Positions 38,010 through 51,249 of a stretch of 64,000 nucleotides of DNA are shown piece after piece; position 1 is the first letter of the stretch; every line of letters begins with the position of its first letter. The stretch covers positions 22,568,001-22,632,000 of the forward strand of contig OX597833.1 in assembly GCA_951406725.2 (NCBI GenBank), given 5' to 3'. The DNA is from Octopus vulgaris (Eukaryota). The notes under the pieces are model-generated. The model saw nothing but the letters and a program-made list of their open reading frames with translations. It was not told the origin of the DNA and did no database searches. The position numbers and the translations under genes are program-made.

Positions 38010-39949
38010 ACTTTGAAAGCTACGGTGAACACTCAATCACTGACCGAACGAAACTTCGGTTCAGGATGGTAATTCCAGCTTATTTCGCAAAAATTAACAC
38101 ACGCTCTCTTTATTCAGTCTGTCTTTTGTTTTTGTATCACACATTGTCTTTATTTATCGTAATTAACATTGATTACCTTAGCTACACAGTCCAATTAAGC
38201 CATTAATGTCTTAAGGTTAATTTGTATTATATTTAATTTAATTATATAATTTTCTGCCTGTCATGCGTTAATGGGTTAAACAATAATGTCTTCACTCTAA
38301 CAGTTGCTAATACGTATTGACGAGGAAGCCTGTAGGAAGCCGTTCAAAGTGAGCGATATTGCTGTTGCTGTTGTCGACGTCGTCGTTGTTTAGTCTCACG
38401 TTTACTCTGAGCAAATTTATGATAAAAATATTTCAAACCGTGACCATCCCGTCTTTTTAGGAATACAGAAAAAAACAAACAAACTGAAAATACATTTATC
38501 ATTGGCGATCGAATACGACTTTAAAGTATGTATCATGCTTTCGCGAATTATTCCAGGAGCCCATGAGACCCGACACAAGCATCCTCACGACTCTATTACC
38601 TTTGGCTCAGCTGAATATCTAGGATATATTACCTGGTGAGAGGGAGGCCTGAACTTGCCCTAGGCTGGTGATGAAAGGCAAAGTTGACTCCAGAGGGATT
38701 TGAACTCGGAGGGTAGAGAGACGGAACAAATACCACAACGCATACTATCCGAAGCTCAAACGACTCTGTCAGTCGCTTGCCTTTGGGGTATTTTTGTCAA
38801 CATTACTTAATCTGACCTTCCGCCAGTTTTAAGACAGTAGACCATCATTTGAATGAGTTAAGCTTACTTTTTCTAGCAGGTCGACTAACCTTGAAATGGC
38901 TCTCTCTCGTTGACTCGAAAATACTGTATCAGCACGAATTGGCTGATTAGAAGGCAGCCGTGCTAATACACCTCCGTTGCTTCATAGTCGTATAAAGAGA
39001 CTTTGAACAAGTTTGACAAGAAATCGTCTGCGAGGCTCATTCCAATACAGGGTTATTTCCCCCTCAGCCGTTTGCTAGTCTTACCACATTCAAGACACTG
39101 AGACTATTTGGTCTCTAGTGGGCAATCTTGCGCCACAGTCTTACTCATAGAGAATGGAAATTTGAATTTGGGTCTAGTCACCAAACTTTTGTTCTGACAT
39201 GAACTAGAGACTGATTACTCCCACACAGGTATTTCTATGTGCCTGCACACAAGCAGGAATAGTAATTGGTGGAGAGCAGTATATGACTGTTTGGATAGTA
39301 TTTTTAGATTGCTAACGAAAGAGTCGACAAGGAAATAGACACAAAGGAGTACTGCGCTTTATCTATGGCCAAAGACAACTATGAAGTCACTTAGCTGTAA
39401 ATAGTAACCATAGGGGTACATAGAGTCCAAAACTACAAGGGACGAGAACTGTGTATAATTTACGAATGCTTCATTCGCTTGTAGTACTTAATTCAGATTG
39501 TCCCGTGGGCCCTACTTGGAAGGGCTAATTACAATGATACCATCAAGTGGCGCCTCTGGGAACTAACGGAATCTCTACGTGCTCTTTTCGATAACACTCT
39601 ATTCTCACTCAACTCTTATCAACCTATAGTCTTAAAAAAAAATGACGGCTACACTGGACGATGCAACTATCGCTATTCAAAAAGGCGGCATAAAAATGGA
39701 TGTAGGGCTTTTTGATCATAAATCTGCACAATCAGTCTTGAACATGAACTTGGAGTAAGTACAACAATGGGCTATGGAATACCGCACTGATATCGCGAAA
39801 TAGCAGACTCTGAAGTCCCATGTTTCATTTGGGTGGACCTTACTGATTTCAATGCTTTGAAATTAACCGTAATGGAACCTCTAACATGAATCGGGAGGTC
39901 ATTTTTCTAAATAACATCGGAAATTCAATTCAATATTTTTTATTATCAA

Positions 39950-40148
39950 GGTGGCGAGCTGGAAGAATCGATAGCACACCGGCAAAAATGCTTAGCGGCA
40001 TTTCGTCCGTCTTTAGGTTCTGAGTTTAAATTCTGCTGAGGTCATCTTTGACTTTTATCCTTTCGAAGTACCAGATGAACACTGGAATCGATCTAATCGA
40101 CTTATTCCTTCTCCGAAATAGCTGGACTTGTACCAAAATTTGAAGCCA
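39950..40148 (+). mobile_element. SINE family A
   Basis: ggtggcgagctggaagaatcg...aaatgcttagcggcatttcgtc...ccaaaatttgaa. Confidence 0.8.
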
Positions 40149-40265
40149 ATATTTATCGTATTGGGAAAGTACAATGAAATTTCTTCTAGATGACGGAATA
40201 TTTGTTTTTAACATTATTAATGATGTCCAGCCACATAAACAAATAAAGTGATTCAAAAGTTCTTT

Positions 40266-40540
40266 TTATGTATGAATGTTCTGTTCTGTTTTTAATTATT
40301 TGAAGTCTTCCTGCGAGGAAGGAGCTAGTTTCTAACAAAGATACAAAGATCTAACACTGGATTGCATATTAGAATAACAATGTCACAATTTGAAAACGAG
40401 AAAAGTTTTGCATATTTTTACTACTCCGCTGCTTACAGCTTGTTTGCAATGTGCGAATTAACTGGTTGATTTCTGTTTCTGAAAACTCTAGCTTATCCAG
40501 ATTGTCACTTAGGCATTTATTCGCAAAATCAAGTGCACGG
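40266..40540 (-). mobile_element. Second R4/Dong-type 3' fragment (ORF end plus 3' UTR)
   Basis: ALDFANKCLSDNLDKLEFSETEINQLIRTLQ is homologous to ELGYVTHYLNTNLEKVGFSKP..RKLIQRLQ at 1-408. The 5' end abuts (TACA)n and the 3' end reads catacata. Confidence 0.65.
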
Positions 40541-40690
40541 TATGTATGTATGTATGTATGTATGTATGTATGTATGTATGTATGTATGTATGTATGTATG
40601 TATGCATGTATGTATATATGTATGTATGTTTGTATGTATGTATGTATGTATGTATGTATGTATGTATGTATGTATGTATGTATGTATGTG

Positions 40691-40960
40691 TGGAGGCGCA
40701 ATGGCCCAGTGGTTAGGGCAGCGAACTCGCGGTCAGAGGATCGCGGTTTCGATTCCCATATCTGGCGTTGTGTGTTTTTATTGAGCGAAAACACCTAAAG
40801 CACCACGAGACTCCGGCAGGGGGTGGTGGCGACCCCTGTTGTACTCTTTCGCCCCAACTTTCTCTCACTCTTTCTTCCTGTTTCTTGAACAACGCTGCGA
40901 TGGACTGGCGTCCCGTCCAGCTGGGAGGAGCACATACTAGGCTTGAAAAGGGCGCATAAA
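40691..40960 (+). mobile_element. tRNA-derived SINE, family C, with V-domain-like segment
   Basis: Head ggaggcgcaatggcccagtggttaggg and B box ggtttcgattccc, followed by ctgcgatggactggcgtcccgtccag. Confidence 0.85.
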
Positions 40961-41749
40961 TAAAAAAAAATGTACGTATGTATGTATGAATACACACACG
41001 CACTCACACACGCACGCACACATGCATACACACACACACCTAGACACACATACACACACACAAAATTATGTAGGGGGTGGGGTTGGGTCATCGCTTCGAA
41101 TTCAACTTATTTCATTCCATGTTGCTGCAGGTCATTCAGCGGAAATAAATACCAGTCGGGTGCGATCGAACATAAGCGCCCATGTTTATGCACACAAGTA
41201 AGATGAGAGCAACGAAACACTCATAAGTACAGCAGTTTATAGCGGCGAATTCTACCAATTCGTGGAATCTTCTTAGTACCTTCCAGAGAGCTTATAACAG
41301 GTCATTAAACCTGCTAGAAATAACAGGTAAATGTCCTCAGATCTTATCCCACTGTCTTTAAAAAATGAATGGCACAATAGCTAATGTAGTCACGGAAGCA
41401 CCATACAAAATTACAGTAAATCCACAGATGTTAGCCATAATAGTATTTGTAAAATAATTTAATATATTAGATATACTGGATAGCAGTAAACGGCTGACAT
41501 GTTTATATACAGTTTCATCGCGGACAAGATAAAAGGAATCGATCAGACTATAGTTTCAAATGTGTTTACATTCTTATTGGCAATTGTTTACTCGACTCTT
41601 AACTGACTACTATTATTAGGCGATTTATTAGACCAAGTAGACCGATTTAACAGATATTTGGTGGTTAGTTCGTCTAAATTTAGCACGTAAAATATGAACA
41701 ATAAACATTGCTGACAAGAGAATACTTCGTTTTTAGAGGAAACATGTCT

Positions 41750-42030
41750 GAATAAAAGGCAGCAGGAACGCCTTTGATCATAGGTCAGCTCGATCTGCTC
41801 TGGTTTGACCTGCGGCTAAACACCATTTTTTCCAGCAGCAGCAGCAGCAGCTGCAGCAGCAGCAGCAGCTGCACCAGCACCAGCAGCAGCAGCAGCACCA
41901 CCACCACCACCACCACCACCACCAAAACCAACAGCAATTAGAGCCAATTTCATTTCGAGCCAAAGAAGGAGCCTCTACGTGGTTGCTCGACCTGCTAGAA
42001 ATAGCAGCCAAATTCCATCCCGAGTATCTA
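41750..42030. repeat. Older dispersed repeat family (…tttgatcataggtc…/…gctcgacctgctagaaatagcagccaaat…)
   Basis: Diverged pieces recur at about 14310, 28915-29100, 30870-31030, 37830, 38390, 38870, 41300, 43320-43860 and 58080-58370. Confidence 0.65.
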
Positions 42031-42252
42031 TCTTCTCGACTGAGGACAGGTTGTGTTGAATAAAGTAGCCCTGGGTTGCCTGCATATAGGAGGAAGACGC
42101 GAGAGTCACAGATGGTATGTATTTCCTCATGTGTCTGTTCGATCACGGCTGAACCTATGGTTAAACAAGAACAAAAGGAGCTAAAACAGCAGTAAAAAAA
42201 TTTAAATCACAACCTTACAACCTTAAAAAAAAGGAATACATTGAATAGTATA

Positions 42253-42419
42253 GGCGTAGGAAAATGGCTGTGTGGTAAGTAGCTTGCTTACGAACCACAT
42301 GGTTCCGGGTTCAGTCCCACTGCGTGGCACCTCGGGCAAGTGTCTTCTACTATAGCCTCGGGCCGACCAAAGCCTTGTGAGTGGATTTGGTAGACGGAAA
42401 CTGAAAGACGCCCGTCGTA

Positions 42420-42494
<75 letters not shown>

Positions 42495-42730
42495 GTGTGT
42501 GTGTGTGTGAGTGTGTGCGTGTATATGTTTGTGTGTCTGTGTTTGTCCCCCCCAACATCGCTTGACAACCGATGCTGGTGTGTTTAGGTCCCCGTAACTT
42601 AGCGGTTTGGCAAAAGAGACCAATAAGATAAGTACTAGGCTTACAAAGAATAAGTCCTGGGGTCGATTTGCTCGACTAAAAGCGGTACTCCAGCATGGCC
42701 ACACTCAAATGACTGAAACGAGTAAAAGAG
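42253..42730 (+). mobile_element. SINE family B, full length
   Basis: Head, body, internal (TA)n(TG)n and tail. Confidence 0.92.
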
Positions 42731-42906
42731 TATAGATGTAGATTTAAAAAAAGAAGAGACTGTATGGCTGTAGAGTAGCTGTTGTGTATGTATGTGTGAG
42801 TGTATGTATGCGTGTGTGTGTGTTTCTGTCTCTGTGTGTGTACGCGCGCGTTGTGTGATGTAGGGCGAGCCGTCCGCCCCGGCAATGCTGCATAAGCTTC
42901 TGTAGA

Positions 42907-43220
42907 ACCTGTTCTCAGACCATTTAAAAAAAAATCTATAGACCCCTTCGATTACTATCCTTTTCTGATGGACGCCCATGGCCATTCGATGTTTTAAAAC
43001 TAGTTTTATAGATACTTCTTTCAACATTTCTATTTTGTTTTTCACACATTTAACTTGTGCAGTAAGAACTACGCAAATAATACATCTAAAGTAAGAAAAT
43101 TTTCAACGACCCTTAAAATACTACTGTGAACCTCTAGTTTACTAATTTGCTTGTGTAGACCCCCTAGAAATCTATTATGGACCATCAGGGATCATGTGGA
43201 TCCCGGTTGAGAACCATTGC
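42907..43220. mobile_element. hAT (Charlie-like) MITE remnant
   Basis: The right end ggttgagaaccattg matches the GGTTGAGAACCACTG terminus type, with subterminal gacccc motifs. The left TIR is degenerate. Confidence 0.5.
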
Positions 43221-44217
43221 TCTGTAGGCGTGGGAACCCGGGACTGGAGGTTTAACCAGGAAACTGAAGGGCTGCTCCAGGTGGGAAACTCTCTAGCTAC
43301 GTCACACGGGTGAAATGCATTTGATTATATCAAGGGTGACTTGGGAGCTAAACAATAAACTTGAAACAGCTTTCTGCTACAGTTGCTCGAAATAGCAACC
43401 AAATTACCCTAAACTGCACATTTATCATCGTAACAGTAGGGATGGAACATTAAATAATGTAATCTTGAATATGATATATGAACCATAAAAAAAAAAAGAC
43501 GAGCTGGTCTTAGCTGGAACGTTTTTGATGGATAAAACTTGGAAGAGACTAAACCCCACCACCAGCACCAGCACCAGCACCAGCACCGGCACCGCCGCCG
43601 CCGCCGCCACCACCACCACCACCACCACCACCACCACCACCACCATAACCATCAAAACCATGACCAAAGTTAACAATAACAAAATAACTTATTTAGTATT
43701 AATGAAGGGTCCTTTACGTGGCTCTTTTAGTTGCCAGAAATAGCAGCAAAACCCCGAGCAAACCATACATTAACGTTTTTCTTTTTTTTTTTAAATAGTT
43801 AATACGTATGGAATAATGTAGTCTGAAAAGATAGAAAGGTCATGGCTGGAATACAAACGTGAACTGAGGCGATAACCGGCATGGTAGCTTTATGGCGAGC
43901 ACGTCGTTGAGGGTTGTCGTGTTCATGTCAACCAGCGATTATCAGGCGATACAATTCATACCACTGACTCACTCCGACAGGTCTACTCTTCATAAATTTC
44001 AGCTCTCCGTAGTTCCCTATACTATATAATATATTTTGAATTATCTCAAAGTTCACTGCATTTTATTATCGTTGTCTCATAAATAATAGCAATTCAATAC
44101 AAATATTGAAAACGAAATAAAGGAGTATATGGTTTAGTGGTTAAGGTGCTGCACTCACGATTGAGTGCAACACTGCAGCGGTGCCCCAGCATGGCTGCAG
44201 TCAAATGACTGAAACAA

Positions 44218-44286
<69 letters not shown>

Positions 44287-44319
44287 TGTATATATACAAA
44301 TATATATATACATACATAC

Positions 44320-44430
<111 letters not shown>

Positions 44431-44942
44431 TATATATGTATATAAAGTATGGGGGTTTAGTTCACAGGTGATCTAAACGACTAGGTACGCTAGGTAAGTG
44501 CTGTAACGGATTACTAGGGCTCCAAGGTTATAGCCGCGATGCAGCGGATATATAATTGTTAAACAGGACAGCAAACGTTAAGGCAAGGCAAACATCTCAA
44601 GTCATATATGATATTATTACAGGAAGAAATTCAAAATCTTACAGCTGATTCTGGGATATCTTCGAGTGTGTGATATTCCGTTATCAGAGACAAATTGGGG
44701 AAAAATATGGAAATTGAGAACGGTATATATCAATAAGATGATAACACAGAGGAAGGGAATGAAAGAATAAGGATACGGAAAGAGAGAAGGAAAAAGAGAC
44801 ATAAAAGTTCGTAGTTCAACTTTTCGAAGTTATAGAAAGCATGAGTTCTTGGGTACAATCCTGTGTATATTCATGAATGTAAATCTTTAGGTGCAATCCT
44901 ACGTATATCCATGTGGGCCGAATTCCTTATATAGTTGACATC

Positions 44943-45012
<70 letters not shown>

Positions 45013-45018
<6 letters not shown>

Positions 45019-45305
45019 AGAAAATGGAGAAACACATTAGTTGGTTTATCAGCTTTAGGATATTAGAATGTTGTCTTATTCAATTAACAAAACTACAACC
45101 ATAATAACATATATATAAATTCGTTAATCCTAAATATTAATTCCTTAATATAAGTGTCCTTGGTTGGTATTGGTATATCCTTTAGCGATGAATCCATCCG
45201 TATTATCTCCATTTTCCCAACAGTATTCATTTTGAGGGACTATTATACTATACTTAAATGTACTCACTTTTACCAGCAATACCCTCCACAACCCCTAACT
45301 TATTT
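45013..45305 (+). mobile_element. TA-embedded element with short inverted head (same family as 46790-47062)
   Basis: Starts aaataagaaaatggagaaa, with inverted tctccatttt at about 45206, and ends acaacccctaacttattt. Confidence 0.5.
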
Positions 45306-45309
45306 GGTA

Positions 45310-45706
45310 CTAGCAGTATCGCCCGGCGTTGCTCGGGTTTGTAAGGGAAATAACTATATAAGCATTTTTAGAGAGTTATAGCCAAAAAATAGCAAAAAAA
45401 TGCATTAAAAATGGGAAAAAAATGATGGTAAATTTTTTTAAAAATCGTTGATTCATCGTAGACATTTTTAGAGAGTTACTTCCCTTATATAATAGCGAAA
45501 AAATGCATCAAAATGGAAAAAATGATGGTAAATTATTTTTAAAATCGTAGACTCATCGTAGACGCGCGCTAATACCCAGAAGGGCTCGATATGAATCACG
45601 ACTATAAGATACCCGCTTTTGGTTACACTGCACCGCAAAATGTGGGAGTAGTTAGGAATCTAAATCGTAGGAGACAGACACACAACTTCACTTTTATATA
45701 TAAAGA
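45310..45706 (-). mobile_element. Non-autonomous Helitron
   Basis: Minus strand reads A|TCtttatatataaaag...hairpin cccgagc-aac-gccggg, 8 nt, CTAG|T. Contains an internal tandem duplication of about 100 bp (45363-45572). Confidence 0.85.
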
Positions 45707-46289
45707 TATATATATATATATTTTATTATTTGAGTATTGTTAGAATTAGTGAAGAACCTAGCTAACCCATGTACAACCTTCTGCCAGCTATGTAATCATC
45801 TACTACTGATTTATTTAAATTAAAAAAAAACATTGAGGATTAGCAATAAATGAATAAATGAATAATAAATAAATTTCTCAGAAGACAGAATTACTTTACG
45901 ACAGCAGTGTTAGTAAGTTGTACTAACGAACGAGTTTAGACTTTTGACTGCAGCCCAATAAACGTTGGAATGTGTTCTTAGGGACCAAAATTACTTTTAA
46001 CTGTTTTGCTTCATTTTCTTTGTCTCATTCGCTAAGGATAATTTTGTGTACAGAAATTCATTTGAAATGTATGTGTCACTACACATTAAAGACGTATCGG
46101 TTGTGCTTACTAGAAACGATCTGTTTTGATTGTTTCCTACAAAGAACATCCCGCTGTTATAGGTTATGCTATAATTCCGTCTCATCTATACACACGAGGA
46201 AAAAAAGTCTCAGCTGACTATTGTTTGTCCCCTCTATGTTTAGCTCCCTGTGGGCAATAAAGAAATAAAAAATTATTTGTTAAAATTTT

Positions 46290-46500
46290 AAGGCGGCGAT
46301 CTGGCAGAAACGTCAGCACGCCGGGCGGAATGCTTGGCGGTACTTCGTCTGTCTTTACGTTCTGAGTTCAAATATCGCTGAAGTCGACTTTGCCTTTCAT
46401 CCTTTCGGGATCGATAAATTAAGTACCAGTTGCGTACTGGGGTCGATCTAATCGACAGGCCCCCTCCCCCAAATTTTGGAGCTTGTGCCTCCATTAGAAA
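46290..46500 (+). mobile_element. SINE family A with target-site duplication
   Basis: Full monomer with attatttgttaaaa on both flanks. Confidence 0.9.
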
Positions 46501-46728
46501 AGATTATTTGTTAAAAATTTAGCAAATTAAGCATTTTACATATATTTGAATGTGTTAAACTCGGTTGAATATGTTGAGCTTAACCGTTGCAATATACGCA
46601 TGCGTCATACTTTTACTCTTAATTTCCATTTCATAAACTTTTTCCTTCGAGTGTCAAACTAATAAATATTCCCAATGAATGTCTCATTGGACTCCTGTTG
46701 TTTTTGAGTTCGTCTTTTGTTATTGATC

Positions 46729-46789
<61 letters not shown>

Positions 46790-46790
<1 letters not shown>

Positions 46791-47057
46791 AATTGAGATA
46801 GGGGTTGTAAATGCAACCCTCCATGGGATAACATATATCCAATCTACCGCTAGTGAAGTACCCAACAAAGTTAATACATAAATGTTAATAATTGCGATGC
46901 AATTAATTCATTTACTGTATTATATGGGCAAAGGTAAAATGTTTTACCACAAATTCATAATACAAAATAAGAAAATGGAGAAATACATCTAAATTAAATA
47001 TCGATATTATCTGGTAATCGATATTTGATTTAGATGTATTTCTCCATTTTCTTATTT

Positions 47058-47062
<5 letters not shown>
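46790..47062 (-). mobile_element. TA-embedded fold-back element with hairpin of about 100 bp (46960-47062)
   Basis: atacaaaataagaaaatggagaaatacatctaaat..tcgat / atcga..atttagatgtatttctccattttcttattttgtat, plus a tail related to 45280-45305. Confidence 0.65.
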
Positions 47063-47106
<44 letters not shown>

Positions 47107-47108
<2 letters not shown>

Positions 47109-47410
47109 GTAAATGTAATATGTGACAATTATTCGGTAGCCATGGTAAAACTCCGAGTTTTGGATGCCGAGCTGGAAATCCATGCCGCCATCTCTTCAGT
47201 TATCCGGCCATCGGAAAAAAATGGTATGAAAATGCCGATAGCTGGATAACTGAAGAGATGGCGGCGTGGATTTCCAGCTCGGCATCCGAAAATCGGAGTT
47301 TTATCATGGCTACCGAATAATTGTCACATATTACATTTACAGGTAAATTCCTCTATTTACATAATATCGAGGTCTCTTTCATTCTTTTGTTGTCTTACCA
47401 TTTTTATCAT
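47107..47410 (+). mobile_element. Fold-back element: 236-bp palindrome (47107-47342) plus unique tail of about 65 nt
   Basis: Arms of about 108 bp are near-perfect reverse complements. The tail recurs at 61990-62060, and the element is flanked by (TA)n. Confidence 0.85.
47245..47305 (+). ncRNA. Type I hammerhead-like motif in the palindrome arm
   Basis: gataa-CTGAAGA-gatg...catc(c)-GAAA-[a/c]tcggag-TT-ttatc. The opposite arm restores stem III ctc-g-gag but carries a mutated GAAA. Confidence 0.55.
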
Positions 47411-47429
47411 ATATATATATATATATATA

Positions 47430-47961
47430 GGTGAGAAAGTTGATGTGTGAAAGCACGTTGTTGGATATATAGAAAATAGAAAAGAGTGAAAAAACTACAG
47501 AAGGCTTGTTTTATAAGGTTAAAGAATATATTTAAGTCGTTATGTTAGAAGAATGTTATAAATTTTTTCATATAGTAACATAGTTTTTGAAGAAATTACC
47601 GGTTTCGTGTAAACTTTTCAAATTTCTCAAATGTCTTTACCTACATCATGTCATGTCTTCGTTATGCAGTGCAAAGGAGAGTTCCAGGTAGGGGGAGGTA
47701 ATAAGCGATTTCTTCCGGTTTAAGGGAGATAATCGCTTTATATATATTTTTCCTTATTTAATGAGATGAGTTTCCCTGTATAAGAATGTTAGGATGTAGG
47801 TAAAGACATTTGAGAAATTTGAAAAGTTAACACGAAACCAGTAATTTCTTCAAAAACTATGTTACTATATGAAAAATTTTATAACATACTTCTAACATAA
47901 CGACTTAAATATATTCTTTAACCTTATAAAAGAAGCCTTCTGTAGTTTTTTCACTCTTTTC

Positions 47962-47965
<4 letters not shown>
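47430..47965 (-). mobile_element. Fold-back PLE-like element: inverted repeats of about 170 bp with a spacer of about 145 bp and a tail of about 40 nt
   Basis: About 47476-47647 is the reverse complement of about 47793-47965. Each arm carries a hammerhead motif. Confidence 0.85.
47591..47627 (-). ncRNA. Minimal type I hammerhead ribozyme motif, U3-A8 variant
   Basis: agaaat-TTGAAAA-gt(ttac)ac-GAAA-ccgg-TA-atttct: 6-bp stem I, 2-bp stem II, palindromic stem III and a GUA site. The inverted copy at 47813-47849 has ccag instead of ccgg. Confidence 0.7.
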
Positions 47966-48041
<76 letters not shown>

Positions 48042-48557
48042 TTATCCATATGCATCCACTTAAACTTGGCTGTTCTGTTAGAAGAAATTATACTGCGGTA
48101 GTTACCATGAGAGAAACTCTCATATTTGTTTTTGGTGCAAAACGCACTCTTGTTTATATGCTTCTGTCGCCTATATAAATGCATGCATACATACATGCAT
48201 TTACAATATATATATATATATATATTTATATATAGTCAATAAACAGAAGGAAAGCAAAATTAAAAACAAAAAAAACAAAAAAAAAACGAAAGCAATTGAG
48301 GTGATCTTTGGGAGACGAGTCTCCCACGAGCTCTGCAGTCTATATTTTATAAGGAAGGAAAAGAAACATTAAAAACTGCTCCATCATTAGACAGTCTGGT
48401 TTCTTTCCTTTTCTCCCTTTCTCAACAATCTATAGAGGCTAACTTTCGCTCTTCCCCACTCTTGTTGCACACACATTTGCAGACATAACAGATACGCGCA
48501 CATACATTAATAATTAGCATACATACACACATGAATATACGCATACACACACATACA

Positions 48558-48684
<127 letters not shown>

Positions 48685-48945
48685 ATCTATATGTGTATGT
48701 ATGTATGTATGTATGTATGCATGAATGTATGTATGTCTGTATGTATGTATGTATAAGCATATTTACATATATATACATATACATATATATATGTATATAT
48801 ACATATATATTATTATTATATATATATGTATATATATATATATGTATATATATATGTGTGTATATATATGTGTGTATCTATATGTGTATGTATGTATGCA
48901 TGAATGTATGTATGCATGAATGTATGTATGTATGTATGTATGTAT

Positions 48946-49000
<55 letters not shown>

Positions 49001-49312
49001 GCATGTTTGTGTGCATGTACGTTGTGCTTGTATGAACGAGGCTGCACGATGCGTAATTACAATGTTTATTCAATGGACGAAGACTGCAATAAACTCGTGA
49101 ATCGAAAACAAAAAAACAAAGCCAAACATGACGGCGACAAAACCTTCCAGTAACCAGTAATTGTCAGTAATTGCATATATGCATTATGTAATCATTCAGT
49201 TGCACTACTCACATACATGCAATGCATAACAGGTTCTGCATATTTGCGCAGCAATTAGCACAAAGACTTAGACATATACAAAAAGAAAAAAAGAAATGCT
49301 AAAATACAGAGG

Positions 49313-49363
<51 letters not shown>

Positions 49364-49506
49364 GGAGAGGAGAAAGGGGGGGATATGATGAGGGAGGACG
49401 AGAATAAAAGATAGGAATGAACAAATAAAGGACATGGAAGGGAAGAGATAGACATTAAAAGGTATAAGAAAACACGCACGCACACACACATATACACACA
49501 TATACA

Positions 49507-49557
<51 letters not shown>

Positions 49558-49676
49558 ACTATGTATGTATATATATATATATATATACTGTATATACATT
49601 ATATATATATATATATATATATTGCATACACACACACTCATATATATGCAGTATATATAAATATATAAATATATAA

Positions 49677-49732
<56 letters not shown>

Positions 49733-49978
49733 TAAATATATAATGTATATACAGTATATATATATATATATACATACAAAGATATATATACTTATATATA
49801 TATATATATACACACACATATATATACGGATGTATATTTATATATATAAATATGCATATATATATATATATATATACACACACGTTAAATTGCATAATTG
49901 AGTGTGTACACATAAAAATATATATATATACCAACATATATTCACATACATCTATCTGTCTGTCTGTCTGTCTGTTTG

Positions 49979-50054
<76 letters not shown>

Positions 50055-50308
50055 CCAAATCACACGCCCAGAACGCAATACAGTCATTATATTTCAAAGA
50101 GGAAATGTCCTTAGTGGGTTCAAAAGGTCGAGCGAGCATTCACAGAAAGAGTTGTACGTAGATACTTAGTTGTAAACTTTAATAAGTTTTAAAAATCAGC
50201 TAACTTCATCAACGGAATATCATGTGATTGACTCTGACGCAACTACTGCCTGTGTCTCTTGTTGAATGTAGACACACTCTTTCACACACATACAAACACA
50301 CTCATGCA

Positions 50309-50384
<76 letters not shown>

Positions 50385-50469
50385 TATGGTGATTGTTCCA
50401 CCTTTAAAGCTGATTGCTGTCTCTTTGTGCCTTCGCATTGTCAATGGCATTTTTGATTTTCTGTCCATG

Positions 50470-51207
50470 ACCTCTCAGAGATAACTATTCACACTCGTTG
50501 TAAGTCTGCTTGGTTTGAAACATCGGTGACAGACAAAAGTTGTAATTGACTGTGCGCTTCCAACTAGTCAGGTCTGTTAACATCTTCGCTCTTCCAATGC
50601 TACGGGGCATTATTTCAGTAGATATAATGACAACTGCAGTCACCAAAAGAGACATCTGTACGTCAGTGGATTTCAGTGATAAGCTTTTGTACAAAGTGGG
50701 TACCACTCCCTGAGTCTCCGTGATTGGAACCCAATGACAGTCTGAAGCGAGATGACAAGTAATAAGGTGAAACTGCTTTATTTCCGAGTGTTATTCTCCT
50801 AGAAAGACGCTGCGGCAACGGCTAGGGATCTCTCACTCCCAGTGGTCCTGGCCATAACTTTGAACTGCATCCGTTTGTGGGTCTCTGGTTCAGGAGCGAC
50901 AGAATTTTGAGAAGTGTGGAGCCACTTCTTAGTTGCTATTGCTCCTAGGTTTATTTTGATTTGGTGTAGTAGCAACTATTAGGGTCCCACCTATGAGTTA
51001 ACTAGCATATGTGATGATAATCCATCTGAAAGCAGAGGCAAAAATACCCTTGGTTGGTGTCAAGGCACGTAGTAAAACATACATATACATACATACGTAT
51101 ACAAACATTCTTTCACACACACACACGCGCGCGCACACACACACATACATATACATACATGTACATACACACACACACACACATATATATATACATATGT
51201 ATGTATG

Positions 51208-51249
<42 letters not shown>

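Noticed and set aside
38990-39620. Complex non-repetitive stretch that might be coding
   Set aside because: No ORF of 60 aa or more and no recognisable motif or splice pair.
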